The notes beneath the pieces were generated by a model. The model saw only the letters and a list, made by a program, of their open reading frames with translations. It did not search any database and was not told the DNA's origin. A stretch of DNA of 64,000 nucleotides, taken from contig CAWEOH010000062.1 of assembly GCA_963810455.1 (NCBI GenBank), positions 5,737-69,736 on the forward strand. Direction: 5' to 3'. This document shows positions 1 to 8,220 of the stretch, in pieces. Both the position numbers and the translations under genes were made by a program. Position 1 is the first letter of the stretch, and every line of letters starts with the position of its first letter. The stretch comes from an uncultured Actinomycetes bacterium. Its GTDB lineage: Bacteria > Actinomycetota > Thermoleophilia > Solirubrobacterales > 70-9.

Positions 1-1
1 C

Positions 2-79
2 GGCACCTACAAGCTGACCTTCCAGCCGAAGGGCGCCAAGGGCACGAACGCGAAGGCGAAGGTCGTCGTCATCGGCTGA
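2..79 (+). CDS. 3' end of an unidentified CDS entering from upstream of the window
   Basis: The frame is open from position 2 (...GTYKLTFQPKGAKGTNAKAKVVVIG) to TGA at 77-79. It is too short to assign a family. Confidence 0.35.
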   Translation, partial: GTYKLTFQPKGAKGTNAKAKVVVIG

Positions 80-92
80 CCCTCGTCACAGC

Positions 93-134
93 GTGGCAGT
101 CGTTTCCCTGCACACAGGGGGAAGCGACTGCCAC
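93..134 (+). terminator. Stem-loop downstream of the partial CDS (terminator candidate)
   Basis: GTGGCAGTCGTTTCCCTG-CACAC-AGGGGGAAGCGACTGCCAC forms a stem of about 17 bp with one mismatch/bulge, 14 nt after the stop. It is followed by GCCCCTATTTCC, only a weak T tract. Confidence 0.45.
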
Positions 135-223
135 GCCCCTATTTCCCTCGTCGTCGATCGCGCTACAGCTCCTGACCGCCACCGCGCTCGAGTCACACGC
201 TGCGGCAGGGGTCTCGAACCCGG

Positions 224-511
224 CTACCTTCGTGACACCTGGCCCGGGCTTCGAGTCGCAATCTCGTCACGAAATGCTTTGACTCGAAGGCGCCGCTCCG
301 CCGTCTCGGCGTTCACATCAAACAGCAGGCCGCGACGGCCCAGCGAACTTGCCGCCCGCCCGGCGTTACCCGAGCCGCAGAAGGGATCAAGCACCAGCCA
401 CCCCGGGGCGCTCGACTGGATGACCAACTCGCGCAGGAGCGGCGCCGGCTTCTCGGTCGGGTAGCCACGCACACGGGGGTGGCGACGGACGTTGCCCCAG
501 TTCTTGACCGA
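224..511 (-). pseudogene. C-terminal remnant of a beta-class N4/N6 DNA methyltransferase
   Basis: The translation ...SVKNWGNVRRHPRVRGYPTEKPAPLLRELVIQSSAPGWLVLDPFCGSGNAGRAASSLGRRG... contains the HPTxKP and DPFxGSG (AdoMet-binding) motifs. The whole N-terminal catalytic region is absent, and the in-frame upstream sequence is Arg/Pro junk. Confidence 0.7.
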
Positions 512-552
512 AGGGAGGGGACGAGAACGACTCCGCCGCCGTCGCGGCGGTC

Positions 553-1088
553 TTGGATCCGCTCCGCAACATGTTGCGGCGTCTGGGGCCCGCCGGCATC
601 CTGCTGCACCACGTCTCGCGTTCGGGCAACGACTACCGCGGCACCTCGGCGATCGGTGCTGCGATCGAGCTCGGATTCAGGCTGGCCCGCCACCCTGGTG
701 ACCCCGAGGCGCGAGAGCGGCGCTCGCTCCGTTGTTTCAAGTGCCGCCCGGCGCCCGAGCCTGAGGAGAAGTGGCTGCGTCTACACATCGAGCGCGACCA
801 AGTCTTCATCGACCCCGCAGAGCCGTTTGCCGAGGCGGGGGAGCAGCCGCCGGCGCCCAAGCGGGCGGAGCTGGCTCCCCAGCTCCTCGCTGCCGCAAAG
901 GAGCCGACCACTTGGCCAGACCTCGCGCGCGCCTTAGATCGCTCACCCAAGGACGGACCCTGCGCCGCCTTCGCGAGGACCTGCTTGAGCCAGGCCCGCT
1001 CCTTCATGGCATCAAACCTGGTTCGGCTCATGCAGCCCGGTGGCTACAGGCCGACAGGGTCGCCGAGGCTAATGGTCCCGGGCTCTAG
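553..1088 (+). pseudogene. 5'-truncated, frameshifted remnant of an AAA_25/RepA-like ATPase with a wHTH tail
   Basis: ILLHHVSRSGNDYRGTSAIGAAIELGFRLAR resembles the C-terminal strand/sensor region of AAA_25 (RecA-like) proteins from integrated elements. No Walker A region is present. The tail switches frame near 950-960 (...ALDRSPKDG | TLRRLREDLLEPG...) and ends at 1088. Confidence 0.5.
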
Positions 1089-1832
1089 AACGGCACCGAA
1101 GACGCCGAATGGTAGTGGCTCGTCGGAGGGAACCTCTGAGCGGTAGGCGGCGAGGTGATGGAGGGTGGGAAAGTCGACCGCGCCACTGTCGGGGTCGCGG
1201 GTGGTCGCAGCGCAGCGGCCGACGTGGCCGCCGATCCGCACCCGGGCCCCGCCGATACGAATCTGGCGCCCGATCCACGCATCCTCGCCGTGAGCTTCGA
1301 GCCCGTCGACGCCGATTGTCATCCGAAACCTGCGCTCATCGACTGGCTCGCTGGCTTTGGCTATCTCACGCAGTCGTTCTAGCGAGGAGAGCGAGAGCAA
1401 CGTAACCGCGCCGCTCCGGCCCCGGTCTACCCCCGGCCGTTGCGGTGGCGACGCATAGAGCCCCAGTTCTGCTCCGGAGTGCCGGGAGAGGGCCTCGGCG
1501 AACGGACCCAGTACCGGCCGCGCACGCAGGGTTCGACGATAGAACGTAACGGCCTCCGGTTCACCCAGTGCTACTGGTGCGCTCACGAGTTCGCCGTCGG
1601 GGAACCTCAGCTCAAGCGAGCGGGCGTCGGGGTCGTGTTCGGCCACGACGGCCAGCAGGGGCCCCAGTCGGGTGGCGCTGATCATCGCCCGCTGCCCATC
1701 GACCAGGAAGAAGGCACGATCACCAGGGATGCCGTCGGCGGTGAGCGGTGTAGTCGAGAGCCGGTGGAGTCGCAGGCCCTTCACCGGGGTGCTCGCAATC
1801 CAGGCAATCGTGCCATTCGACTGTTCGCCCAC
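1044..1832 (-). CDS. MOSC domain-containing protein (N-terminal beta-barrel plus MOSC)
   Basis: This 262-aa ORF reads ...IASTPVKGLRLHRL...GIPGDRAFFLVD...RFRMTIGVDG...GHVGRCAATTRDPDSG, with the conserved Cys of MOSC. It starts at a GTG. Confidence 0.85.
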   Translation of the reverse strand: MGEQSNGTIAWIASTPVKGLRLHRLSTTPLTADGIPGDRAFFLVDGQRAMISATRLGPLLAVVAEHDPDARSLELRFPDGELVSAPVALGEPEAVTFYRRTLRARPVLGPFAEALSRHSGAELGLYASPPQRPGVDRGRSGAVTLLSLSSLERLREIAKASEPVDERRFRMTIGVDGLEAHGEDAWIGRQIRIGGARVRIGGHVGRCAATTRDPDSGAVDFPTLHHLAAYRSEVPSDEPLPFGVFGAVLEPGTISLGDPVGL

Positions 1833-2022
1833 GGTCCCAGGATACGAGGAGCTTCACCAACCGCTGCGCGTGCCCGCGACGTTGTGGCACAGCTGATCGG
1901 CGCCGATCCGTGAGGGCTGCACGAGCCGATGGACACGGCGTTGCAGGCCTGCGTTTGGGGCTTCGGGCTGACGGGGTGCGACGGCACGGCGCGATGCACT
2001 GGTGCCGAGCAGTCCAGCGCGG

Positions 2023-2298
2023 CTACCTCTTGGGCTCGATTGCCTTGGCGTCGACCGCAGTCGCCTTGGCGCGCTCGGTCCGCCGATGACGCAGCACGAT
2101 CGGCGCCGCGTACCCGATCAGAGCACCGATCAGGAGGAAGATGACGAGAATCACGATCAGGGGGGCCTTGAAGCTGGCGAAGAGGACGTCGACGCTGACC
2201 TGCTGGGAGTTCTGCAGGCAGACGATTGCGGCGAGAACGGCGAGGCCACCCAGGGTCCAGGCGCGCCAGTTGATCGGCTTCTTCTGCTGTGGAGGCAC
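2023..2298 (-). CDS. Small LapA-domain (DUF1049-like) membrane protein
   Basis: The 91-aa product has two TM helices (WTLGGLAVLAAIV..., PLIVILVIFLLIGALIGY) followed by a basic tail, which is the typical LapA_dom layout. Confidence 0.7.
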   Translation of the reverse strand: MPPQQKKPINWRAWTLGGLAVLAAIVCLQNSQQVSVDVLFASFKAPLIVILVIFLLIGALIGYAAPIVLRHRRTERAKATAVDAKAIEPKR

Positions 2299-2434
2299 GA
2301 GGCCATCCTACGTGGGGCAATGTGCGCGGGCCTTGGCAGTCGACCCAGCCGCTGCGATGATGGCCGGCGCGTCGGGGCAATTGACATAAACAGCGGTGAT
2401 GGGGGTCGCCGCCAGGCTGAGAAAGGCTGGACGG

Positions 2435-3274
2435 ATGGCGATCACCGAGATGGAGCAGGAGCAGGTCGAGCGGGCAAACGCGAGCGGGAAGACTCCCGCT
2501 CTCTTCATTCACGGGCTGTGGCTGCTGCCGAGCAGCTGGGAGCGGTGGGTCGGGGTCTTCGAGGAGGCCGGGTACGCGGGGCTGACGCCGGCCTGGCCCG
2601 ACGACCCGGCGACGGTCGAGGAGGCGCGGGCGAACCCGGACGTGTTCGCGAAGAAGTCGATCGGGATGGTCGCCGACCACATCGCCGAGGTGATCGCGGC
2701 GCTGGATCGCAAGCCGGCGCTGCTGGGGCACTCGACCGGCGGGCTGCTGGCGCAGATCCTCGCCGGCCGCGGGCTCTCGGCGGCGACGGTGGCGATCGAC
2801 CCGGGGCCGTTCCGCGGCATCCTGGCGCTGCCGCTCTCCTCGCTGCGCTCGGCGGCGCCGGTGCTGACCAACCCGCTGAACAAGAACCGGGCGGTGACCT
2901 TGACCCTCGACCAGTTCAAGTACGGCTGGGCGAACGCGCTCTCCGACGAGGAGGCGAAAGCGCTCTACGACGAGTTCCACGTGGCGGCGCCGGGGATGGC
3001 GCTGATGCAGATGGCGAACGCCAACCTCAACCCGGGGACCGAGGCGAAGGTCGACACGAAGAACCCGGAGCGCGGGCCGCTGCTGGTGATCGACGGCGAA
3101 AAGGACCACACGGTGCCGTGGGCGATCGCCTCGGCGGCCTACAAGAAGCAGCGGGCCAACGACGGGGTGACCGAGATCAAGTCGATCCCCGACCGCGGCC
3201 ACTCGCTGACGATCGACAGCGGCTGGCGCGAGGTCTGCGACACGGCGCTCGAGTTCGTCAAGCGCTTCGCTTGA
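2435..3274 (+). CDS. Alpha/beta hydrolase
   Basis: PALFIHGLW...LLGHSTGGL gives the nucleophile elbow GHSTG, and a C-terminal ...DRGHSL supplies the His. I placed the start at ATG 2435, behind GAGAAAGG. The ORF is open from GTG 2396. Confidence 0.85.
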   Translation: MAITEMEQEQVERANASGKTPALFIHGLWLLPSSWERWVGVFEEAGYAGLTPAWPDDPATVEEARANPDVFAKKSIGMVADHIAEVIAALDRKPALLGHSTGGLLAQILAGRGLSAATVAIDPGPFRGILALPLSSLRSAAPVLTNPLNKNRAVTLTLDQFKYGWANALSDEEAKALYDEFHVAAPGMALMQMANANLNPGTEAKVDTKNPERGPLLVIDGEKDHTVPWAIASAAYKKQRANDGVTEIKSIPDRGHSLTIDSGWREVCDTALEFVKRFA

Positions 3275-3275
3275 G

Positions 3276-4025
3276 GTGCGCGAGTGGACGGTTTGGTGGC
3301 TGAGCCACCAAAAGCTCCAGCCGGCGGCGGAGCTCGAGGCAGCGCTGCGGGCGGCGGGGGACCCGGGCCGCGCCGAGGGCGAGCGGCGCTACCTGAAGAG
3401 CGAGCTGGAGCACTTCGGGGTGCGGGTCCCCGAGGTGCGCCGGCTGGCGCGCGGCGCGGCGGGCGAGGTCGGGACGCGACGGGAGCTCGACGCGCTCGCC
3501 GACGAGCTGTGGACGCGGCCGGTGCACGAGTGCCGGCTCTGCGCGGCGATGGTGCTGGCGGCGCGGCCCGACCTGGTCGCGCCGGCCGACCTGCCGCGGC
3601 TGCGGCGGATGGTGCGGGAGGCGCGGACCTGGGCGATCGTCGACCTGCTCGCGGTCAAGGTGCTGGGGGCGCTGCTGCTCGACCACCCCGAGGCCGGCGA
3701 GCGGCTCGACCCCTGGGCGCGCGACCGCGACTTCTGGGTGCGGCGCGCGGCGCTGCTCTCCCAGATCGAGCCGCTGAAGGCGGGGGCGCCGTTCGACCGC
3801 TTCGCCGGCTACGCCGAGGCGATGCTGGCCGAGCGCGAGTTCTTCATCCGCAAGGCGATCGGCTGGGTGCTGCGCGAAGCCGGCAAGACCCGGCCCGGCG
3901 AGGTCTACGAGTGGCTGGCGCCGCGGGCCGCCCGCGCCTCCGGGGTGACGATGCGCGAGGCGGTCAAGTACCTGCCGCCGGCCCGGCGCGAGGAGCTGAT
4001 GGAGCGGTACGCGGCGGCGCGATAG
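3276..4025 (+). CDS. DNA alkylation repair protein (AlkD-like HEAT-repeat family)
   Basis: The 249-aa product contains ...RYLKSELEHFGVRVPEVRRLA...FFIRKAIGWVLREAGKTRP...YEWL, the family-typical pattern. The GTG start sits 1 nt after the upstream stop. Confidence 0.85.
   Translation: MREWTVWWLSHQKLQPAAELEAALRAAGDPGRAEGERRYLKSELEHFGVRVPEVRRLARGAAGEVGTRRELDALADELWTRPVHECRLCAAMVLAARPDLVAPADLPRLRRMVREARTWAIVDLLAVKVLGALLLDHPEAGERLDPWARDRDFWVRRAALLSQIEPLKAGAPFDRFAGYAEAMLAEREFFIRKAIGWVLREAGKTRPGEVYEWLAPRAARASGVTMREAVKYLPPARREELMERYAAAR
3284..3322. repeat. Copy 1 of a repeated element of about 40 nt (TGGACGGTTTGGTGGCT..GCCACCAAA..TCCAGC)
   Basis: The core is a perfect 9-bp inverted repeat, TTTGGTGGC-TGA-GCCACCAAA (3292-3312). 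The element aligns with 12101-12142 and 19583-19624. Confidence 0.6.
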
Positions 4026-4038
4026 CGGGGCTGCGGGC

Positions 4039-4954
4039 TCAGTAGGCGGTGTTGCGGCAGCGGGGGCGCGGGCGGGACTTGTAGCGGGGCTCGCGGCCGC
4101 GGTTCCAGAGGGCGGCGTCGATCTCGGCCGCGGTTAGGTCGGGGCGGGCGGCGGCGAGGAGCTCGACCGCGTGGACGGCGGCGGCGCGCAGCTCGACCTC
4201 CTCGGCGGAGCCGTGGACGAGCAGCCGCCCGGCTTCGATCCGGGCGGTGAGGCCGGGGTCGAGGGCGAGGACGCCGTCGAGGCGGAGGACGTGGGGCACC
4301 AGGTTGTCGGCGAAGGCGGTGAGGCGGTCGAGGTCGGCGAGGCGGACGACGCCGGCGCGGTCGAGGTCGGCGGCGAGCAGCTGGGCGCGCTTGAAGAAGG
4401 GCACGCGGAGCTCGCGGCCGCGCTCTCTATATATGGAGACGTCGGCGAAGGCCTGCCAGGAGGCGAAGAGGCCGGCGAGCGCCGGGGCCGAGGGGGCGAC
4501 CGAGTCGACGGCGGTGGCGAAGCTGCCGCCGTGCTCGGCGAGCAGGCGGGCGCCGACGTCGCGCAGGGCGGCGGCGAACTGCGCCATCAGCGGGTGGGCG
4601 GGGTCCTGGCCGAGGGTCGCGGCGACCTCCTCGCCGGTCAGCCCGGCGAGCTCCGGCGCGGGCCAGGGGCCGGCGGCGCGGAAGCGGTCGGCGAGGCCGG
4701 CGGCGACGGTGAAGAAGCCGCTGTGGCCGGGGCGCTTGCGGATCGTCGGCCACCAGCCGGAGCCGAAGTTGACCGCGTCGAGGCAGACGGCGAACGCGGC
4801 GCGGGCCTCGCGGTCGGCGCCGGGCAGCTGCAGCCGCGGGTCGGGCTCGGGCGGGCCGGGCGGCGGCAGGCCGGCGGCGTAAGCTGGGGATCGCGCCCAC
4901 CTCGATGCGGACGCTGCGGGCGAGCGCCGCGACCTCGGCGCAGGCGGCGCGCAC
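4039..4954 (-). CDS. Queuosine salvage protein (QNG1/DUF2419 family), apparent +1 frameshift
   Basis: The C-terminal 280 aa (..CLDAVNFGSGWW...FFKRAQLLAADL...LTAFADNLVPHVLR...GSAEEVELRAAAVHAVELL) lie in one frame. The family-like N-terminus (V)RAACAEVAALARSVRIEVGAIP lies in another. The frames meet at the G4 run at 4886-4889. The span is 916 nt, which is 3n+1. Confidence 0.7.
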
Positions 4955-4980
4955 TTCGTCCGGCAGCTCCTGCCGCTCCT

Positions 4981-5017
4981 GTTGAGCTTTGTCACCCACA
5001 GGGTTACAAAGCTCAAC
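4981..5017. promoter_or_regulatory. Perfect 12-bp inverted repeat in a divergent promoter (operator candidate)
   Basis: GTTGAGCTTTGT-N13-ACAAAGCTCAAC lies between the queuosine-salvage gene (minus strand) and the SDR gene (plus strand, ATG 5120). Confidence 0.5.
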
Positions 5018-5119
5018 GGAAGGGGCGGATCTTGGCGTTCCGAGGTCTGGGCGGCCTGGGCCGACCGGCGTCGCCGGTTTGCGAGGATGGTTCGACAACC
5101 TTCGAAGAAAGGAGAGCGC

Positions 5120-5947
5120 ATGGCAGCGGACTCGAAGCGCTGGCTGATCACCGGGACGTCCAAGGGGTTCGGCCGGATCTGGGCGGAGGCGGCGCTGGCG
5201 CGGGGCGACCGGGTCGCGGCGACCGCCCGCGACGCCTCGACCCTGGCGCCGCTGGCCGAGGCCTACGGCGACCTGGTCCTGCCGCTCGAGCTCGACGTCA
5301 CCGACAAGGCCGGGGTCGACGCCGCGGTGGCGAGCGCCGAGCAACGGTTCGGCGGCCTCGACGTGGTCGTCAACAACGCCGGCTACGGGCTGTTCGGGAC
5401 GATCGAGGAGGTGAGCGAGGAGCAGGCGCGGGCGCAGATCGAGACCAACGTCTTCGGCGCGCTCTGGGTGACCAAGGCGGCGCTGCCGGGGATGCGCGCG
5501 CAGGGCTCGGGCCACGTGATCCAGGTCTCCTCGATCGGCGGCGTCACCGCCTTCCCCGGGCTCGGGCTCTACCACGCCTCGAAGTGGGCGCTGGAGGGGT
5601 TCAGCCAGTCGCTGGCGGCGGAGGTGAAGCCGCTCGGCATCGCGGTGACGCTGGTCGAGCCGGTCGGCTACACGACCGACTGGGCCGGGCCATCGGCGGT
5701 GCAGGCCGAGCCGATCCCCGCCTACGACTGGATCCGCGAGCAACGGGCGAAGGGCGGCGTGCGCGCCAACCGCGGCGACCCGGAGGCGACCGGGCCGGCG
5801 ATCCTCGAGCTGGTCGATGCCGAGGAGCCGCCGCTGCGCGCCTTCTTCGGCGAGTGGGCGCTGGGCATGGTCCGCGGCGACTACGAGAGCCGGCTGCAGA
5901 CCTGGGAGCAGTGGCAGGACCTCGCCCGCCGCGCCCACGGCGGCTGA
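5120..5947 (+). CDS. Short-chain dehydrogenase/reductase (SDR)
   Basis: MAADSKRWLITGTSKGFG is the TGxxxGxG-type motif. NNAG is present and YHASK matches YxxxK. The RBS AAAGGAGAG precedes ATG 5120. Confidence 0.9.
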   Translation: MAADSKRWLITGTSKGFGRIWAEAALARGDRVAATARDASTLAPLAEAYGDLVLPLELDVTDKAGVDAAVASAEQRFGGLDVVVNNAGYGLFGTIEEVSEEQARAQIETNVFGALWVTKAALPGMRAQGSGHVIQVSSIGGVTAFPGLGLYHASKWALEGFSQSLAAEVKPLGIAVTLVEPVGYTTDWAGPSAVQAEPIPAYDWIREQRAKGGVRANRGDPEATGPAILELVDAEEPPLRAFFGEWALGMVRGDYESRLQTWEQWQDLARRAHGG

Positions 5948-5958
5948 ACCCTCCCGCC

Positions 5959-6001
5959 GAGAACGCACTTCTTCCCGCTATCCGGGGAGAACTGCGTTCT
6001 C
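5959..6001. terminator. Bidirectional hairpin between convergent genes (member of a hairpin family)
   Basis: GAGAACGCACTTCTTCCCG-CTAT-CCGGGGAGAACTGCGTTCTC is an imperfect stem of about 19 bp. It is about 80% identical by eye to the hairpin at 8165-8195. Confidence 0.55.
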
Positions 6002-6007
6002 AATACG

Positions 6008-8080
6008 TCAGCCCGTGAACGGGTGGGTCGGGGTGACGCCGTTGGGGGCGAGGAGGTCGAAGCCGTCGGGGATGCGGAGGTGGCCGGGGCCCTTGCCGGG
6101 GTGGCCGGTGACGCCGTACTGCCAGACGATCTTCTTCGTCTTCGGGTCGATGATCACGACCCGGTGGCGGTAGTCGTCGTTGACCGCGATCCAGCCGCCG
6201 GGCAGGCGCTCGGCGAGGCTCGGGTGGTTGAGGCGGCCGGCCCCGGATTCGGGCCGGTAGCTCCACAGCAGGTGGCCGGCACGGTCGAATTTGTAGATCG
6301 CGCCGGGGTCGGCGTAGTCGACGACCAGATAGCGGTCGGGGCCGAGCTGCTGCGGGTCCGACGGGTAGGAGATCGGCAGCTGCACGCTCCAGACGACCTT
6401 GCCGGCCGGGGTCAGCTCGTCGATGTAGGAGCCGTTGACCTCGGAGATCAGCATGTCGCCGTTGGCGAGCGGGGTGTCGCCGTTCGGCGATCCGAGGTAG
6501 TTGGGAGGTTCGTGGTAGCAGCCGGAGGGGTCGCCGAAGGTGCTGAGGACCTTCTTCTGCGGCGAGATGCGGAGCACGCGGCAGTTCTGCGCGTCGGCGA
6601 CGGTGATGTCGCCGTTCTTCAGCAGGTAGGCGTCGTCGGGCTCGTGCAGGTAGCCGGGTTCGGAGCCGGTGACGCCCGGGTGGCCGTAGGACCAGAGCAG
6701 CTTGCCCGAGGGGTAGGCGAGCTGGACGATGCGCTCGTTCTGCTCCTCGTTGGAGATGATCCCGTGGCCGCCGTGGATGAAGAAGGCGTCGTCGGGGAAG
6801 TAAAAGCCGCCGGGCGGCGCCGGGTGCGCCTTCGACGGGAAGCGCCAGAGGATTTCCTTCTTGGCGTTGACGACGAGGATCCGGTCGTTGCCGCGGTCGG
6901 CGATCATCAGGCTGCCCTGGAAGGGTTCGCTGGCGGTGGTGCCGGCGGCGGCTTCGGCGTGGGTCGAAGACGCCGCGGCGGTCGCGGTCGAGCTGCGCTG
7001 CGGGCGGGGACGGTGGAGGCGGAGGGCGACGACCGAGCTGAGCGGTTCGCCGCCGTTGCCGGTGCCGCCGACGAGCGCGGCGCGCTTGCCGTCGCCCGCG
7101 GCGGCGGCGCCGGCCACCGCCAGCGGCAGGTGCGGCGCCGGGGTGACGCGACCGCTGCCGGGATGGAAGCGCCAGGCGGCGCGGGAGGGGACGCCGGCGG
7201 CGCTCTCGCCGCCGACCAGGTAGATCGCGCCGCCGAGGGCGACGGCGGCTGCGTGCGAGAGCGGGTGCGGCAGGTGGCCGACGACGCGGGCGCTGCCGCG
7301 GGCCGGGTCGACTTCCTGGATCGCGGTGGTCGCTTCGCCTTCCCCGGTCTCGCCGCCGAAGGCGAAGATGCGGCCGCCGAGGGCGACGGCGGCGAGGTAG
7401 CGGGCGGGGACCGGGAGATCGGCGACGCGCGAGAAGGAGGTGCCGTCGGCGGTGGCGAGGACCGAGGGGTCGAGTTCGGTGCCGTCGTAGCCGCCGAGGA
7501 CGAAGGCGCGGTGGCCGACCGTGACCGCGCTGAGGTCCGAGCGGACCGCCGGCAGGTGGCCGACCACGGTCGCGGTCGCTTCGCCTCCGGAGCCGAGCGA
7601 GGTGGGCAGGGCCTGCACCGTGTCGGTGCTGGACGCGGTGCCGCCGCCGAAGACGAGGACGCGTTCGCCGACCGCGGTGGCGGCGGCATCGTGCAGCGGG
7701 CCGCTGAGTTCGCCGGCCGGCCGCAGCTTGCCGCGGCGGTCGAGGACGAAGACGCCGGCGACCGAGGTTTCGGTCGCGTCGAGGCCGCCGAGCACGAGCA
7801 TGCCGCCCGGGACCGCGGCGCCGGCGGCGCCGGAGACGGGAGCGGGCAGCGGGTCGGCGGCGGTGCGGGCGCGGAGCACGGGCGGCGCGGCGGCTTCCGC
7901 GGCGGCGGTCCCGCCGCTCCCGGCGGCACCCGAGCCCGAGCCTCCGATCCCCCGCAGGAGGAGGAAGACCGCGAGCGCCGCCAGGACCGCGGCGGGCAAC
8001 AGAAGCCGGCGTCGGCGATGTGCGCGCGACGGCTGCTGCCGCCGCGCTCGCCTCGCTCGGTGGGCCGGCGGCTGCTGCAC
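6008..8080 (-). CDS. Membrane-anchored or secreted protein: Kelch-repeat propeller plus a second arylsulfotransferase/NHL-like beta-propeller
   Basis: The 690-aa product starts with a basic N-terminus and a TM segment (LLLPAAVLAALAVFLLL). It has repeated ..VLGG.D....S...VF / ..FAFGG Kelch-like units and an Ala/Thr/Ser linker. The C-terminal region reads MIADRGNDRILVV...LLWSYG...VVWSV...HLLWSY...IVWQYG. Confidence 0.7.
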   Translation of the reverse strand: MQQPPAHRARRARRQQPSRAHRRRRLLLPAAVLAALAVFLLLRGIGGSGSGAAGSGGTAAAEAAAPPVLRARTAADPLPAPVSGAAGAAVPGGMLVLGGLDATETSVAGVFVLDRRGKLRPAGELSGPLHDAAATAVGERVLVFGGGTASSTDTVQALPTSLGSGGEATATVVGHLPAVRSDLSAVTVGHRAFVLGGYDGTELDPSVLATADGTSFSRVADLPVPARYLAAVALGGRIFAFGGETGEGEATTAIQEVDPARGSARVVGHLPHPLSHAAAVALGGAIYLVGGESAAGVPSRAAWRFHPGSGRVTPAPHLPLAVAGAAAAGDGKRAALVGGTGNGGEPLSSVVALRLHRPRPQRSSTATAAASSTHAEAAAGTTASEPFQGSLMIADRGNDRILVVNAKKEILWRFPSKAHPAPPGGFYFPDDAFFIHGGHGIISNEEQNERIVQLAYPSGKLLWSYGHPGVTGSEPGYLHEPDDAYLLKNGDITVADAQNCRVLRISPQKKVLSTFGDPSGCYHEPPNYLGSPNGDTPLANGDMLISEVNGSYIDELTPAGKVVWSVQLPISYPSDPQQLGPDRYLVVDYADPGAIYKFDRAGHLLWSYRPESGAGRLNHPSLAERLPGGWIAVNDDYRHRVVIIDPKTKKIVWQYGVTGHPGKGPGHLRIPDGFDLLAPNGVTPTHPFTG

Positions 8081-8164
8081 GTCGGTGAGGATCGCGTCTG
8101 CCTGTGAACCGACGCTAAACGGCGACGAAGAACGTTCTCACTCTCCGCCGGCCGCGCCGAAGAC

Positions 8165-8195
8165 GCGGTTCCTCCCGGTATGCGGGAGGAACCGC
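8165..8195 (-). terminator. Hairpin downstream of the SGNH hydrolase gene
   Basis: GCGGTTCCTCCCG-GTATG-CGGGAGGAACCGC has a perfect 13-bp stem, 26 nt below the stop at 8221. Confidence 0.55.
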
Positions 8196-8220
8196 GCTCT
8201 CGGCCTGGATCGCCCGGTGC

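Noticed and set aside
195-226. tRNA-like T-arm signature (minus strand: GCCGGGTTCGAGACCCCTGCCGCAGCG) just downstream of the methyltransferase remnant. It could be an att-site relic.
   Set aside because: Only 3 of the 5 T-stem pairs form, and there is no matching acceptor 5' strand or D/anticodon arms. This is too weak to call a tRNA or an att site.
2381-2386. A consensus TTGACA hexamer upstream of the hydrolase gene as a -35 element.
   Set aside because: No acceptable -10 hexamer lies at 16-19 nt spacing, so I cannot support a promoter call.
3292-3312. The hairpin TTTGGTGGC-TGA-GCCACCAAA as a Rho-independent terminator for the hydrolase gene.
   Set aside because: No T tract follows it, and it lies inside the only available reading frame of the AlkD-like gene (GTG 3276). 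It is better explained as a copy of the dispersed 40-nt repeat.
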